Source of the DNA: Felis catus
Lineage: Eukaryota
Length of the DNA stretch: 64,000 nt
Assembly (NCBI RefSeq): GCF_018350175.1
Contig: NC_058372.1
Coordinates: 151,404,001 to 151,468,000 of the forward strand
Direction of reading: 5' to 3'
In this document: positions 36,701 to 49,719 of the stretch, in pieces
Numbering within the stretch: position 1 is the first letter of the stretch
How the letters are laid out: each line of letters opens with the position of its first letter
Position numbers and translations under genes: made by a program
The notes under the pieces: generated by a model
What the model saw: the letters and a program-made list of their open reading frames with translations, nothing else
Databases searched by the model: none
What the model was told of the DNA's origin: nothing

Positions 36701-39700
36701 AGGGAGGTGGGCACCGCCTCTCGCCGTGGTGCACGTGACCTACGTCCTTTCCATCTTGACCTTTTCCATTTGCAGCAGAGCCAGAGCGGGGTTACCGGAC
36801 TGAGCCCTCCGCGGAACAAGGGGGTGCCCCGGGGCTGTGTCAGCCTCTGGCGACCCGGCCGTGGCTGCAGGCGCACTCGGGGGACGGCTGCGCTTTTCCC
36901 AGCCCCGCAGACCCGGAGTCGGCACCACGAGGGTCTCAGCTCCGTGCTGCACATCGACTCTCTCAGAGCTGGGTTTCCAAGGCGCTGAGGAGATTTTGCT
37001 GCCAGTGTGGGTCCAGTTAGTCCTTCCCCCTCTGCCTCTCTGCCGTTCCAGATCCCTGGCTGCTGCAATTCCGCCCTCCCACGCCCTCGAGCCCAAAATC
37101 TCCCCAGGAGGTTCCTGGAGCAGGTGGGTGCCCCCCAGGGGGTGCTTGGCAACAACGGCCCCCCCCCACGTGGGGAGCGCCTACTCTCCATTTTAAACCG
37201 CTATGAGTCACTTCACTTTTGTCAAGCCAATTCATTTACTTGTACGATACAGAAACAGATGAAATTATTCTAAAATAAGATAAATTTGTAAATGGCCAAA
37301 ACTGGTTTAAATGTTCCCAACCTGCTCTTGGGCCCATCGCCAGCACACTTTCAGCGCCCCCAGGCTCGGAGCGGGACTGGGCGGCCCCTCCTCGGCCCAG
37401 AGTCAGGGCGCAGGCTGCACGCCGCCCTCTGGCCCGCCCCACCCACGCCAGCCCAGGACTGGGCAGCGTGTGTGTCCTCACGCCCAGCCCGACCGGCCCG
37501 CCCGGGGGACCTGGCTGTCGGGCTTCCCGTTACTGTCTTGGGCTACTTCCTAAGTTTCTATTTTCTCTGTATTCCCTTCACCTCCCCGTCCTCTCCCCAG
37601 TGACTCCGCTCATCGGTGTCATGCAGAAAGGACAGGGCCATGAGGCCGGGAGAGGCTACCCCTGGAGCCAGGCCTCGCAGGGCCAGCCTGGTTGGCAATG
37701 GCGGACAGCGCCCGCTGCTTGGCACATCCAGACCTCGGCCGACCGACCACCCTCGGTGATCAATACCAAATCTCGTTTGCAAGTCACATACGTGCGGAAT
37801 GCTGCCGGAATATAAGACCCAGAGATATGTCGGCAGACGTCAAAAATGCTCTGCCCACCCGGCTTCAGAGCCACGCTGGGATGGCGTGCCCATGCGTGTC
37901 TCTGAACCACGGCTCCCAGCTGTGCACGGCGACATCTGCGTGTGGGTCGCTGGCGGACAGAAGAGAGGTGCTGGGCTCTGGGACTCTGAGGGAAGAGAGC
38001 CCAGAGGCAGCCGACAGAAGGCCAATGCCAGTCCCGTTCTGGGGCACGTGGCTGCGTGGCCAGGTGGTCTAGGATGAGCACAGCCCTCCTGGGAGGCGGG
38101 ATGGCAGAGAGGCTCAGCAAGCAGCCACGGGGAGGACGAAGCCACGTCCCAGGACGCAGGCCCAGAAGAAACATGGGGTCTGCCAGGGAGGACAGACCGG
38201 AGCGGCCCCCAGGCTGGCCCTCTCCCTCCTGGATGTGCGGTCAGTCCCGTCCCCTCCTGCAGGGGGTTACCCCCAGGCCGGGAGGCCTCCCACCTTCGCT
38301 GCCCCTCCTAGCCGGTCACAGCCACCCTCATAAATCTGCCAAGCTGATGACAGCAGGCTGTGGGCTGGGGGCCAAGGGACCTGAGTGATCTTCCTTCTGC
38401 TTGCGACCCTCCCCGGAGGGCGACGGGACCGCACAGTGGTGCCGGACCCGCTTCACTGCAGACGGCTCTTCCGGCCCTGCTGGACAGTCCCGGGGAGCTA
38501 GGGAGCCACTGTGAGGCCCTGTGAAGGGCCCACGGAAAGGGTCCGGTGCGCAGGAACTAGGTGCCCACATGATGTTTTATTGTCTGTCCTCAGCTTACAG
38601 GTGGGCCTGTGATCCGAAGCCTCCCCGGCCTGCTGGCTAATGGCTGCGGCAGCTGAGCAAACAATCCGAGGGGCGGCTGGGCCCTGGGGGGCCCCCAGAG
38701 CTCACACCGAAACTAAACCCCACGGGCCCTGCCCCGGGCCGTCCCCGTGGCCCCTCTCCCCACAGGGAGTCTCAGTTGGCCTCGGTGCACCCCTAGGGGT
38801 GTGTCTGGGGGGGCAGTGGGCACAACGACTGAAAGGCCAGGCGGCGAGTTCCTGAGCAAGGTCTCCCCACGCCTCAGCCCTCCTGGAGCAAAGCTCTGCG
38901 GGCCCCAGCACCACCTTCCACGAAGGGCCACGTTCCCTAGTGATGCCACTGTGTGCAGACCTCCTTGACCTCAGACGGGTCCCGTCCGTGTGGGGCTGCT
39001 CCTGCCTGGGGTCAGCAGACACGCAGGAGGGCCACGCGTGGGTTCACAAGTGCGGGGTCCAGCAGGTGCCTGGAAGCATGGGGTTCCCAACCGCACGCTC
39101 GTTTGAGAACACCAAGCCCAGGGTTTGCTTGGAGTCAAGTCCTTGGGGAAAGGGACCCAGAGTTTGCACTTGGAGGAGGGGCAGGGCAGGGGGCACACGA
39201 GGAGGGCGAGAGGAAAGACCCAGGTGCAGGCGCCCCTGAGGCACCCCTCAGCCCCAGTGTGAGGCCCCCTCTGGCTCTGGAGATCTAAAATGCTACCTGG
39301 TGCAAGCAGAAGGATCTCTGGTTTCTCCTGTTCCTGGGGAGTGGGAAACACTGTGAAACCCGTCCTGGCGTCCGTGAAGGGAAGAAGGCCAGCTGCCGTG
39401 TCTGCTCTGTCCTCTGCACCCGCCTCAGGCTCCTCCTCCCCGGCGTCTGAATGGACCCACGGGCTGATGAATACGCGCCTGGCCTTCGTCCCTCTGGGCA
39501 CATGAGGTTCTGCCCACTTCAGCAGACCACAGTGAGGAGGGGGCTGTGTGGATGCTGGCCTTCGGGGCTGGGGGGTGGGATGGGGACAGCCAGCCTCCAG
39601 AGCCCGGCGCCCTTCCCACTGCTCCTGGCCAGCCTGACTCTCGCCCATCCGCTGGGCCCCGTGCCAGCTCCTGAAGAAGGTCTGAGGGAGGGAGCGGGTC

Positions 39701-40185
39701 GCAGACCTCGGCCTGGCCGGCTGATGGGGTCGTGTGGGCCGAGCCCATGAAATCCTGCGGAACAGACACGACTCCGTGGGAAAGGCGGAATGAGTTTGCA
39801 AAGACTTGACCGCACAAGAATCGCTCACCCAAAAGGCGTAATTGGGTTTAGACAGCACAATCCCATCCAGATGGTCTACGGAACTGCCTCAGACGGGGAG
39901 CCGGCCGGAAGCAGCCTCCCAGCCCCCACGAGGGTGGTGCCGGCTCCAGGCCCCGCCGCAGACCCTGTTCCACCCCTGTAGCTCAGCTTCCTACAAAAAT
40001 AAGGCATCGGAGGAGACAGGTGCAGAGGCTTCAAGCCCTGAAATCTGTTCCAGGTGTTCACTTCCGGGAAGTGAGAGGTCCAAGAGCTGTCCATGCATTC
40101 GTTCATCCACGTAATAAACATTCATGGATGTGATTTACGTATCAGACGGTCTAGACTTAGTCTGCCTCCAGTCCTCGGAGTGGGG

Positions 40186-41128
40186 CATATGCATGAATAT
40201 GTGTGCACGTGTGTGTCTGTGAGAGCATGTATGTGCATGTGTGCACATGTGTGTGTTTGTGCACGGGTGCGCGTGTATGTATGTGTGTGCACGTGTGTGT
40301 GCACATGCACATGAGTGTGTACACGCATGTGTGAGAGTATGTATTGTGTGCACACGTGCATGTGTGAGCATATATGTGTAGTGAGTGTGTGCACTTGTGC
40401 GTGTGTGAGAGTATGTGTGTATGCATGTGTGTGAGGGCATGTGTGTGCATATGTGCATGTATGAGAGTATGTACGTGTGTGCACATGTGCGTGTGAGCAT
40501 GTGTATGAGTGTGTGCACATGTGCATGTGTGAGAGTATGTACGTGTGTGCGTGTGTGTGAGCATTTGTGTGAGTGTGTGCACATGTGCATGTGTGAGAGT
40601 ATTATGTTGTGCACATGTGTGAGTATGTACATGAGTGTGTGTACATGTGCATGTGTGAGAGTATATATGTGTGTGCACATATGTGAGAGTATGTACATGA
40701 GTGTGTGCATATGTGCATTGTGAGAGTATGTGTGTGCGCACATGTGCATGTGTGTGAGTGTGTGCACATGTGCATGTGAGCATGTGTGTGAGTGTGTGCA
40801 CATGTGTATATGTGAGAGTATGTGCATCAGTGTGTGCACTTGTACGTGTGAGCATGTGTGTGAATGTGTGCATATGTGTGTGAGCGTATGTGTGTGCACA
40901 CGTGTGTGTGAGAGTGTGTATGTGTGTGCACGTGTGTGAGTATGTACATGAGTGTGTGCACATGTGCATGTGTGAGAGTATGTGTGTGTGCACATGTGCA
41001 TGTGTGAGCATGTGTGTGAGTGTGCATATGTGCGTATGTGAGAGTATGCGTGAGTGCGTGCACCCGTGTGCAAGCATGAATGTGCACGTGTGCATGTGTA
41101 AGCATGTGTGAGCCTGTGTGTGAGTGTG
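40186..41128. repeat. TG/TGCA-rich alternating purine-pyrimidine array, ~940 bp
   Basis: Recurrent gtgtgcacatgtgcatgtgtgagagtat units. Confidence 0.95.
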
Positions 41129-43764
41129 TTTACAGCTGAGCTACTTGTGTCTGCCTTGTTTTCCGGGTCCTGGGGATATAGCTCATGAACATCAGAATGT
41201 GCCCGGATGGAGCCCACATGAGCCCGGACCACCCAGCAGGGGCCATGCAAAGTCGTCACCCCTCATCCAAGAGTCCCGGTCTTTTTTCTGGATGCCACTG
41301 GAGCTGTCTGGGCTTCAGCACAAGGGCAGGTGCACCAAGACCCAGGCTGACGGCAAGGGGAGCACCAGGCCAAGAGTCCTGACCGCGACACGGGGACCCA
41401 GCCTGCCCCGCAGCACTGAAGATGGGCAGCGTTCGGTGAGGACCCAGCAGGGCACCCGGGCCACGTCTCCACCCTCAAGAAGCCTCTGAGACACCCTCCC
41501 AGCCCCCAGGGGGCAGCCTGCACGGGGCTCCAAGTGCCGGTGAAGGAGGTAGGTGGTGAGGGTCCTGGGCGGCGGAGGCCCCGGCCCAGCCCCACGGTCC
41601 ACTCAGCTGCGTTTCCATTGAAGCTATTATGTGGGTGTCATCACCTCTAACTGATGGGAAGAGCCCCCCTTCTCCGGCAGCTGCTAATGTGCTTGTCGGC
41701 CTCCCTCCCGCCCCTTGCCCGGCCTTTGTGCGCCTGTGTTTTTCCAAGTCATGGGCTGTTAACCCCTTGAGGCCTCGCAGCCCCGTGGGGCCTCAGCCAG
41801 GCAGCCCGGGGCCCTGGGCCTGCCTGGGGTCGGACGGTGCCTGTCCTGGGAGCAGCTCCGCTGGGAACACCTGGACAGAGGGGGCTCGGGAGGCTCCTGT
41901 GCGCTGAGCGCCTACTGTGTGCCCCACGCTTCCCGCAGGATGTCAGTCATGCTCTTGGTGAGTTTGAATTACCCCACTTCGCAAGCAAGTGCGGGGAGGT
42001 CGGCAGATGTTGAGGAACAGGCCCCCTGGGCTCAGGAACAACAAGCCACAGGTCTGGGACTGTGATGAGCCAGGTGCTCGAGTGCAGGCAAGGCCCGGGT
42101 GTCTGTGATCTGGTCCTGAGCCCTCAGCAGTGGCTCCTTCCCCCGGCCCAGCCCTGGCTGGAATTTACGGCACGAGAAAGCGTTTCTCGTGACCCTTCGG
42201 CAGCGACACCCTGTTAAGCAGACCGGAAACTGGCCGACAGAGAAGCAGGAGGGCCCCACCTGCGCCAGGCGAGCCCAGCCGGCCCTCAGGTGCCCAAGGT
42301 CCCATTGCACTCCGGACAGCCAGGAAGAACCGTGAGGAGCGACGGACACACAACTGGTCGTGCTGCCTCGGGAGGGCGCCAGGGCACCGGAGTGAGCTCG
42401 GACACCACAGGTGAGACCTCCGGGTGCCCGCGGCCCCCTGAGGGTTAGGGTGGGTTGCAGGGGGTTCTGTGCCTGCTTCTCAGCACAGGAAGGGCTCGTG
42501 GAGATCACGGCACTAACACGGAGTTCTCACACCCGCCCACACCACAGCGCAGGGCAAGGGCCTGGCCACCCGCCCCTGACCCCAGGCCCCGGCCTCTGGT
42601 GCGGTCTGCGAGCATTCCCTCGCCCCCGGCTCCTGGCGCGCCAGGCGGATGGCGCGGCTCCGCACGTGAGCGACTTCCCTGAGGGGCGGCCACTTCCCAT
42701 GCTGGACACACGGACGGCACACACGGCTGGGACGACTTCCTGCCGGGCGTAGGGAGTGGTTCTGGCCCCTCTGAGATTTACAGCTCGTGCGACTCCTTCA
42801 TTTGGTCCCCAACCCTCTGCAGTGCGTGGGAGAGACTTTCGTCACACGCTCAGGGCACGAGCGGCCTCCCTGTCGGGCTTGGGCCTTGTGAACCGACTGG
42901 CCGCCGAGCCCGTGTGGGGAGGACTTGGTGAGGCCACAGCCAGCCCGACGAGGCCGAGGGGCAGCCTTGATCTTCGTTCTACCGAAACGCCCCACGCCGG
43001 GGCCACCTGCCACCCCCTTCATTAACGGGCCTTGGAGACCCTCCATCAGGGATCCTCGGTTCACCTCGGCTGAAGGCATCCCCTCCACCGAAGTGATTTG
43101 TGTCTGGGCAGAGGCCCATTTGGAAGTGGGAAAGCCTTGTTTCTGATGTCATTTCTATAAAGGGCTTTGCAGAAACTCATTAGCATGAAGAACAGCAGAG
43201 GCTGGGCTGCTGGCTAATCCATTTTCTTTTACAGCTCCAAAGCTCTTTGCCAGCACAGCAGCATTTATTTTCCCCGAAGGACACATCTCACGCATCATCA
43301 CTGCAAATAAAAATGTGCCTGGTCAGGATCTCCAGCCCTGAGAGCGGAGGGACCCCCAGGTCTGGGTCTGGGGGCACCGTGGGGAGACACAGCCTTGGTA
43401 CATTTGCACACAGTGCTCTGGGGACCGGCTCTGGGGAGCGCATCTCATAGCCTGACCCACCCAGGCAAAGCCCGTGCTGTGGTTTACGGCCCCACACGTG
43501 GCTGGGACCCCCCACAACGTCCGGCTCCGGGTCCTGCCGGCCATCCTCCAAGGACACAGGCCAAGGCTGCCCTGCCCGGGTGACTGTCTTCTCCTGCCCC
43601 CACCCCTGCAGGGGCCCCACTAGGCCTGGAAGCCCTGGCCGTCACCAGCTGAGCTTGCTTGCTCAAGCCTTCATCATGGTGCATTTCAACAGGGACCATG
43701 ATGCAAAGGACCAGGGACCTTGGGGAAAGGCAGGGCCACCACAGTGCTGCACAGATCCTCAGCA

Positions 43765-44390
43765 CCAGGTTGAACGGTGTCCCCCAAAGTCATGGCCCCT
43801 CTGGATCCCAAGCACGAGACCTTTCCTAGAAGTGGAGACATTGCAGATATAGTCAAGATGAGCTCGTACTAGAGTAGGGAGGGCCTTAAATCCCATGACT
43901 TGTGTCCTTATAAGAAGGGGACAGAGGGGCGCCTGGGTGGCTCAGTCCGTTGAGTGTCTGACTTCGGCTCAGGTCATGATCTCCAGGTTCGTGGGTTCGA
44001 GCCCCGCGTCGGGCTCTGTGCTGACAGCTGGGAGCCCGGAGCCTACTCTGGATTCTGTCTCCCTCTCTCTCTCCCCCTCCCCCACTCATGCTCTGTCTCT
44101 GTCTCTCTCAAAAATAAATAAACATTAAAAAAAATTTTTTTTAAAAAGAAGGGGGCAGAGATGCACAGGGAGGGGCCAGGTGACAGTGGAGGCTGACGGA
44201 CAGGTGCATCCACAAGCCAAGACACCACGGCCACTGGCAGCCATCAGCAGCCTGGAGAAAGGTGTAGACTAGACTGCCCACAGAGACACCCTGACAGGGG
44301 ATCCTGCCACAGAACTGGGAGAGAGTAAATCCCTGCCGGGTAAGCCCCACACCCGTCTGTGGCCTGTGCTGCCGCAGCTGTGGGAAACCA
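43765..44390 (+). mobile_element. MaLR MLT1-type LTR interrupted by a Can-SINE
   Basis: gttgaacggtgtcccccaaa...ttgcagat...tgtccttataagaagggg, then after the SINE gtggaggc...ccacaagccaa...cagaactg...gagagtaaat. Confidence 0.8.
43926..44145 (+). mobile_element. Felid-type Can-SINE (SINEC_Fc-like)
   Basis: Full head, (CT)n and aaaaataaataaacatt tail; TSD aagaaggggacaga (43912-43925) / aagaagggggcaga (44146-44159). Confidence 0.96.
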
Positions 44391-44609
44391 GGCCCCTGGA
44401 CTCGAGAGTCTCTGGATCCTCTGTCTTGCTCACAGCCCCTGGGTCCCCCGTGAGGAACGCCTGCCCGTCCCTGTGCTGAGGACGGTGGCCCGGGGCCTGC
44501 CCCGTCCAGGGACACTGTCCCTGAGGCCTTCCTCTGCAGACCAGCCCTGTGGACTCCCCGGGGGAAGCAGACACCTGAGGCCACTCTCACACGGTCACTT
44601 TATACTAGG

Positions 44610-46110
44610 GTTTCCTTCTGTTTCCGCAAAGTTGTTTTGATCACTCTGGGCCCTCTGCATTTCCTAATGAATTTTAGAAGCAGCCCTTCACCTCAAACAA
44701 GGAAGACTTTGGAGATTTCGACACAGGCAGCGCCAAATGCGTGAGTCGAACACGCTGCCTCTCGCCTCCCTCAGCCACACTGTCACGTTTGGAGTGTGGG
44801 GTTTTCACAGCTTTCGCCAGGTTTACCCTTAAGTGTTTAACCTTTTTATGCTACTGTAAATGGTGCTGTGCTTTTAACTTAAATTTCTGACCCTGTCTGG
44901 CAAGTACCTGGAAGAAGCCTTGATGTTGACATGTCGGTCTCTTATCCTGCAAACTGGACAGACCCCTGAGCCGGTCCAGCCACTTTTTAAAGATTTCATC
45001 TGGTTTTTCACATCGACCGTTGTGTCCCTGGTACATATCCAGCTTGGATGCCTTTTCCTTCTGCTCGCCATCCCGCGTGGGCCAGAGCCCCGGGTCGACC
45101 TCGGTGGCCGCGGTGGGAGCGGCCTCCTTGCCTCCCCCGCCCCAGGGAGAGCGCTCCAGCTCTACGGCGGGTATGATGGTGCCTGCAGGGTCTTCACGGA
45201 TGCCCTAGTCATCTTGCTGGCTGTTTTCATCAGGAAAAGATAGATTTTATCAAATGCTTGCCCTGCATCTGTTGAGATGATCATGCTTTTCATTCCTAGT
45301 TTTAAAATTCAGGGCGTCGTGGCAATCAACCCTGATTAAATCGGTCTTACATTCTGAGATAAACCTCCCTTGGTCATGATATATTAGTATGTTTATATAT
45401 TGGTAGATTTGATTATACATTTGTCTAAGAATTCTGCATCTGTGTGGATGAAGGACTCCTGCCTGCAGTTTTGTTTTCCTCTGATGCTCTTGTCTACTTT
45501 GGGCATCAGCCGAAGCTGCCGTCAGAGAAGAAGCCGGAAGTACTTCCTCCTCCTTAATTTTCTGGAAGAGTTTGTGTAGAATTGGTACTTGTTTCCTCCT
45601 TAAATGTTGAGAAGAATTCACCAGTGAAGCCATCTGGGCCTGGAGCTTTCTTTGTGGGATATTTTTAATTACAGATTTGATTCCCTTAATACATACTGGA
45701 TACTCGCGTTACCTACTTCTTCTTAATGAGATTTTGTAGTTTGTGTCTTTCAAGGAATTTGTCCATTCAACCGGGTTGTTGAATTTATTGACTTAATAAA
45801 TTTTTTGGCGTCTTTATCCCAGATACTATTTTTTTTTTTTGCTTTGAAATCTGTTTTTTCAAACACGGAATTGCTGACAATATTCCCTTATTCTTTTTCT
45901 ATCTGTGGAATCTGAAATTGGTGACCTGTGCTCCTCATCCGTCTATTCGAAGTGAGCAGAGTCTTTTCAAATAGCTTTTAATTTTTTTTGTTTTTTATCT
46001 ATTATTTTTAATCTTTCCAATTTTACTCATTTCTATTCTCATCTTTATGATTTCTTCATTCTGTCTACTGTGGATTTAATTTTCTCTTCTTTGAGTTCAT
46101 TAAGGTGGCA
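44610..46110 (-). mobile_element. Old LINE-1 ORF2 fragment, antisense
   Basis: Minus ORF 45250-45633 contains PILHKLFQKIKEEEVLP (L1 ORF2 signature); gaattcaccagtgaagccatctgggcctgg encodes the PGPDGFTGEF motif on the minus strand. Confidence 0.9.
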
Positions 46111-46119
46111 TCTGCTTCA

Positions 46120-46450
46120 CTCCTGTCCCTTCCTTCAATCCATCTCAGTTCATGGGAAATGCCCCGAGCCTAACATTCAACCCAGATTCCTTTCTGTCCC
46201 CTGGGAAACACGGAATCCATGTGGGACCTGTTGGCTCCACCTTCAAAGCAGCTGTTAGCTCTGCCTCTGCTCACCGTTTTCACAAACCACCCCCACCCCC
46301 CGCTCCCCGCGGTTGCTGCCTGGCCGTTGGTCTGCCTACTTACCCTGTGCACTCAGCACAGCACCCAAGCGTACTTTAAAACAAATCGGGAACACTGGCC
46401 CTTAGAGCCCTGAGCCGCTGCGTTGGAAGTCCAACTGGTCCAAGGCCACT
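46120..46450 (+). mobile_element. LINE-2 relic
   Basis: ccatctcagttcatgg...cctgttggctccaccttcaaa...cacagc...tttaaaacaaatc. Confidence 0.5.
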
Positions 46451-46709
46451 GTGCCGTGAGGAATCACATGAGCAGGTTCCCCAGACCACAGCCCAGGCAG
46501 GCCCAGGCTTATGAATGAGGAAACCTCCAGATCATTCCGTACCTCAACCATTAAGTCTTCTCAGCTACGAGGACGTTCACAGATGTGATGGGACAGAGAC
46601 AAACCATCTCCCACCATGCCCTGTCCAGATTCCTACACGCAGAATCCACGCTGGGAGTTGTAAAAAGATCGCACATTAGATCACATTTGACGCCTACTTC
46701 AGACCCTAC

Positions 46710-47278
46710 CACAACAGTCTGGCAGCTTCTCAAAGGCCAACTGACTCAGAAATTTGCCTGCAGGGGTACACCCAAGAAGAACGAAAACATCCACCACCAC
46801 GGAACCACGTGCACAAATGTAGCACAGTCACAGGATTGCAGCAAAACTGACAATGGCTGAAAAGTGGACGCAACCAAAGTGGCCCTCGGGTGAAGAAGAG
46901 ACAGGTGCAATTCGGGACGTCCACGTGGTGAATATTATTTGGCAGAAAGGAGGAACGGAGTGTTGACGATTCATGCCTCTGCACAGGTGAACTTGAGAAC
47001 ATCGTGCTGAGTGGAAATCAGTCACAAAGGCCACCAACCATGACCCCATTTACGTGAAGTGTCCAGAACATGAAAAGCCATACGGCCAGAAATCGGCGAT
47101 TCACTCTCTCAGGCCAGAATTTGGGGAGGAAACGAGTACAGGGTCTCCTTCAAGGACAAGGGAAGTATTCTGAGATCAGATTGGGGCTCTGGGGTCACGG
47201 CTCTGGGGCCACCCTGAAAACCATTGACTTGCGCACTTCAAACAGGTGCGCACAGGTGAACCAACCTCAATAAAATTG
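46710..47278 (+). mobile_element. L1MB-type LINE-1 3' end
   Basis: acagtctggcagcttctcaaa...gaacttgagaacatcgtgctgagtg...cagtcacaaaggccac...ccatttacgtgaagtgtccagaa...cctcaataaa. Confidence 0.85.
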
Positions 47279-48001
47279 TCACAGACCTTGTAACAGATTT
47301 CTACCCTTAGAATGAAATAAATTCGCTTTATTCCTCAAGCTGACGTGGCTCCGTGTGCTTGGCCTCTGCCTCCCTGTCAAGCTCCTCACCTGGCCAGTTG
47401 GGGGCTGCCCCTCGTGTGTCCTGTTTTAGGGGCATGACACTCGCCCTGTTCTTGCCCGACGCCCTCCTTAATCAGACGGTCCCTGGTTTGTCCTTTACTT
47501 GAGTCTTGACCAAATATACCTTTCCTTTCGTAGAGAGGCCTGTGCAGAATCCCATAGGACAAGGGCCCCGTCCGCGTTGCCCTCAGGCCCTGCCCACTTT
47601 GTTTCCCTCGGTGGCGCTTCGCCACCACGACTGCACGAACCTCGCACATGCGACTGCGTGTTCCTCGCTCAGATAAGATCTCTGTGGAAGCAGAGCGGTT
47701 GGTCTTTTCCTTCAGTGCCCAGAGGGGTGCCAGGCGTGCAGCAGCATTAAAATGTGCACAGAAAAATGAGTGGATGGAGAGGGCAGTGGAGGGCACCCCG
47801 CGGGCCTGCGCACCCGCTTTCCTCCCTCACCGGGAGCCCCTGTGCCAGCCGTCCCGTGATGGTGGGCCTGGGCCCTGCCTCTCTCTCACTATAGCGGCTG
47901 GTGGCCCTTCTCCTGGCTTTGGGGTCAATATGGCATCGGGTCAGCCTTGTAGGAACTGTCTGGGCGGGAGAAACGGCCTCCCCAAAGGCTAACCCTTGTA
48001 C

Positions 48002-48189
48002 CATTTCCACAGCTGCTCTTAAATGTGCTTTTCATTTCGTTTTAAAAGGCCTGTTAGGGCATTGTTCACAGAAGACCAGTCGGTTATTTAAAACATATTT
48101 GTTGAAGACTGGCCACTGTGTAACTAGACATATATCATTTGCAGAGAAAAACCTCAGGAAATGTGTTTCTTATAAGCAATTAGTATTAA
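48002..48189 (-). pseudogene. Exon L candidate (188 nt, phase 1->0): NTNCL*ETHFLRFFSANDICLVTQWPVFNKYVLNNRLVFCEQCPNRPFKTK*KAHLRAAVEM
   Basis: Strong acceptor ttattattctcttcag; only two stops in 62 AT-rich codons; donor gtacaa weak. Confidence 0.35.
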
Positions 48190-49169
48190 CTGAAGAGAAT
48201 AATAACTCTCATACTAAATTAAAATGTAACACATGCATCGGGGACTTGCGTGTCCCTCTGGAGCGGTGGTAAGGTCCCTCTGCTGCCTTTCCAGCCCAGC
48301 ATGCCCGCTCCCCGGGGCTCGCCAGCCGCTCCTGAGGGGCGGCGTGGACGTGCTCGGGGCCCACAGCCCTTTGGCCATGGACTCAGGTGAGGACCCTGTC
48401 GGGGGGCAACCTTGAGCGAGGGGGACACACGTCCCTTGGCCATGCTGTCCCATCGGCCATCCTTGCTGGAGATCAAGTGTTTGACATAAAAGGGATGCGC
48501 TTTGGAATCTCGGAAGGATAACTCAGGTCGTTCCCAAGACGACTTCCCTCCACCTCCCGATTCCTGCCACAGACTGCTCGCTTCAGCAGGCTGGTGCCCC
48601 CACCACACACGCCACCGACCACACAAATACACATTTATACACATCGTGTGCATCGTGACATAGGCCACGCACATGCATACACACCACGTTCCACACACAC
48701 ACAGATGCGTTCATGGACACACACACGAACAAAGACCCAGGGCAGCCCCAGGCATGTAAAAGGGTATTCATGTCTCCTGGTGATCAGTCGGGTTGCTGTG
48801 TACACATTAATTCTTCCTTCTGGCCACGACCTAGGGCTGGTAACAAGTCTGGGTTGTACGACCGGCAGAGGACAGACTGTCATTCTCAGCCTTGTGTTAA
48901 ACTCTTCGGGACCGAGCTGCGCCTTACTGTCTCTCCAAAACTGTCACGCGGATGCTGTGCTGTCCTCAGATAAAGTAGCTTTTGTTGAACACCTGCCTTG
49001 GGTTAAACACTATTTTAATAATTTTATACGCATTGTTCCGTTTCGTTTGTCTCAATGGCTTTTAGGAAGAGGGAGCTGGTGCTGTGGCCTTCCGGCTAGC
49101 CCTGCTGCACACAAGCACCCACGCTCCAGGCTCTGGACAGCCCGCCTTTCAGGACAGACGGCTGGTATA

Positions 49170-49661
49170 ACTCACGGAATTATCTAGAGAATTTTTTGGT
49201 TCCGACAACGACCTTGCCGTTGTGAATGTGAATGAAGTTTCTCTGAAACATCCCATTTACTCTTCTGACTCTGATTTTGCAAATGGGAAAATCGTGTCAC
49301 AAGGGGAGAGAGGCACAAATAGAATTTGATTGTCGGGTTACTGGTTTTCTGGTTTCGGGATGGTTCACGGCATTTAGCTAGCCCACCTGCTTTCTCCCCA
49401 GAAGCTTCCCTGCTGCGTCGCCTCTGTGGTCGACACTTTCCCCGTAGCGGGGTATGGGTGTGTCGGAAAGGGAAACCAACAGCTTCCCTGCCTCGCCGAG
49501 AGGAGAGTCTGCGGTGAGGTCACCCGCTCTCGGCAGAGGGCTTCCCCCCATCACCACTGGGAGCTGGTGAGTGTGCGCGGGGGATAGGACACCATTCTAA
49601 ACGTTTCCAAAGAGGTCCGCAGAGTGAGGCAAATCCCGCTGCCAAGATGGCGTCACATACA
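49170..49661 (-). pseudogene. Exon K candidate, large and degraded (phase 1): YVTPSWQRDLPHSADLFGNV*NGVLSP...
   Basis: Long polypyrimidine acceptor cattctctctttgtctttgaag; stops at 49597 and downstream; 3' boundary unknown. Confidence 0.3.
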
Positions 49662-49719
49662 CTTCAAAGACAAAGAGAGAATGACATTCTGCACGACGAC
49701 GCGCTTCATGAATGTCCCC

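Noticed and set aside
40122-41259. His/Thr-rich long ORFs
   Set aside because: Translation of the (CA/TG) repeat.
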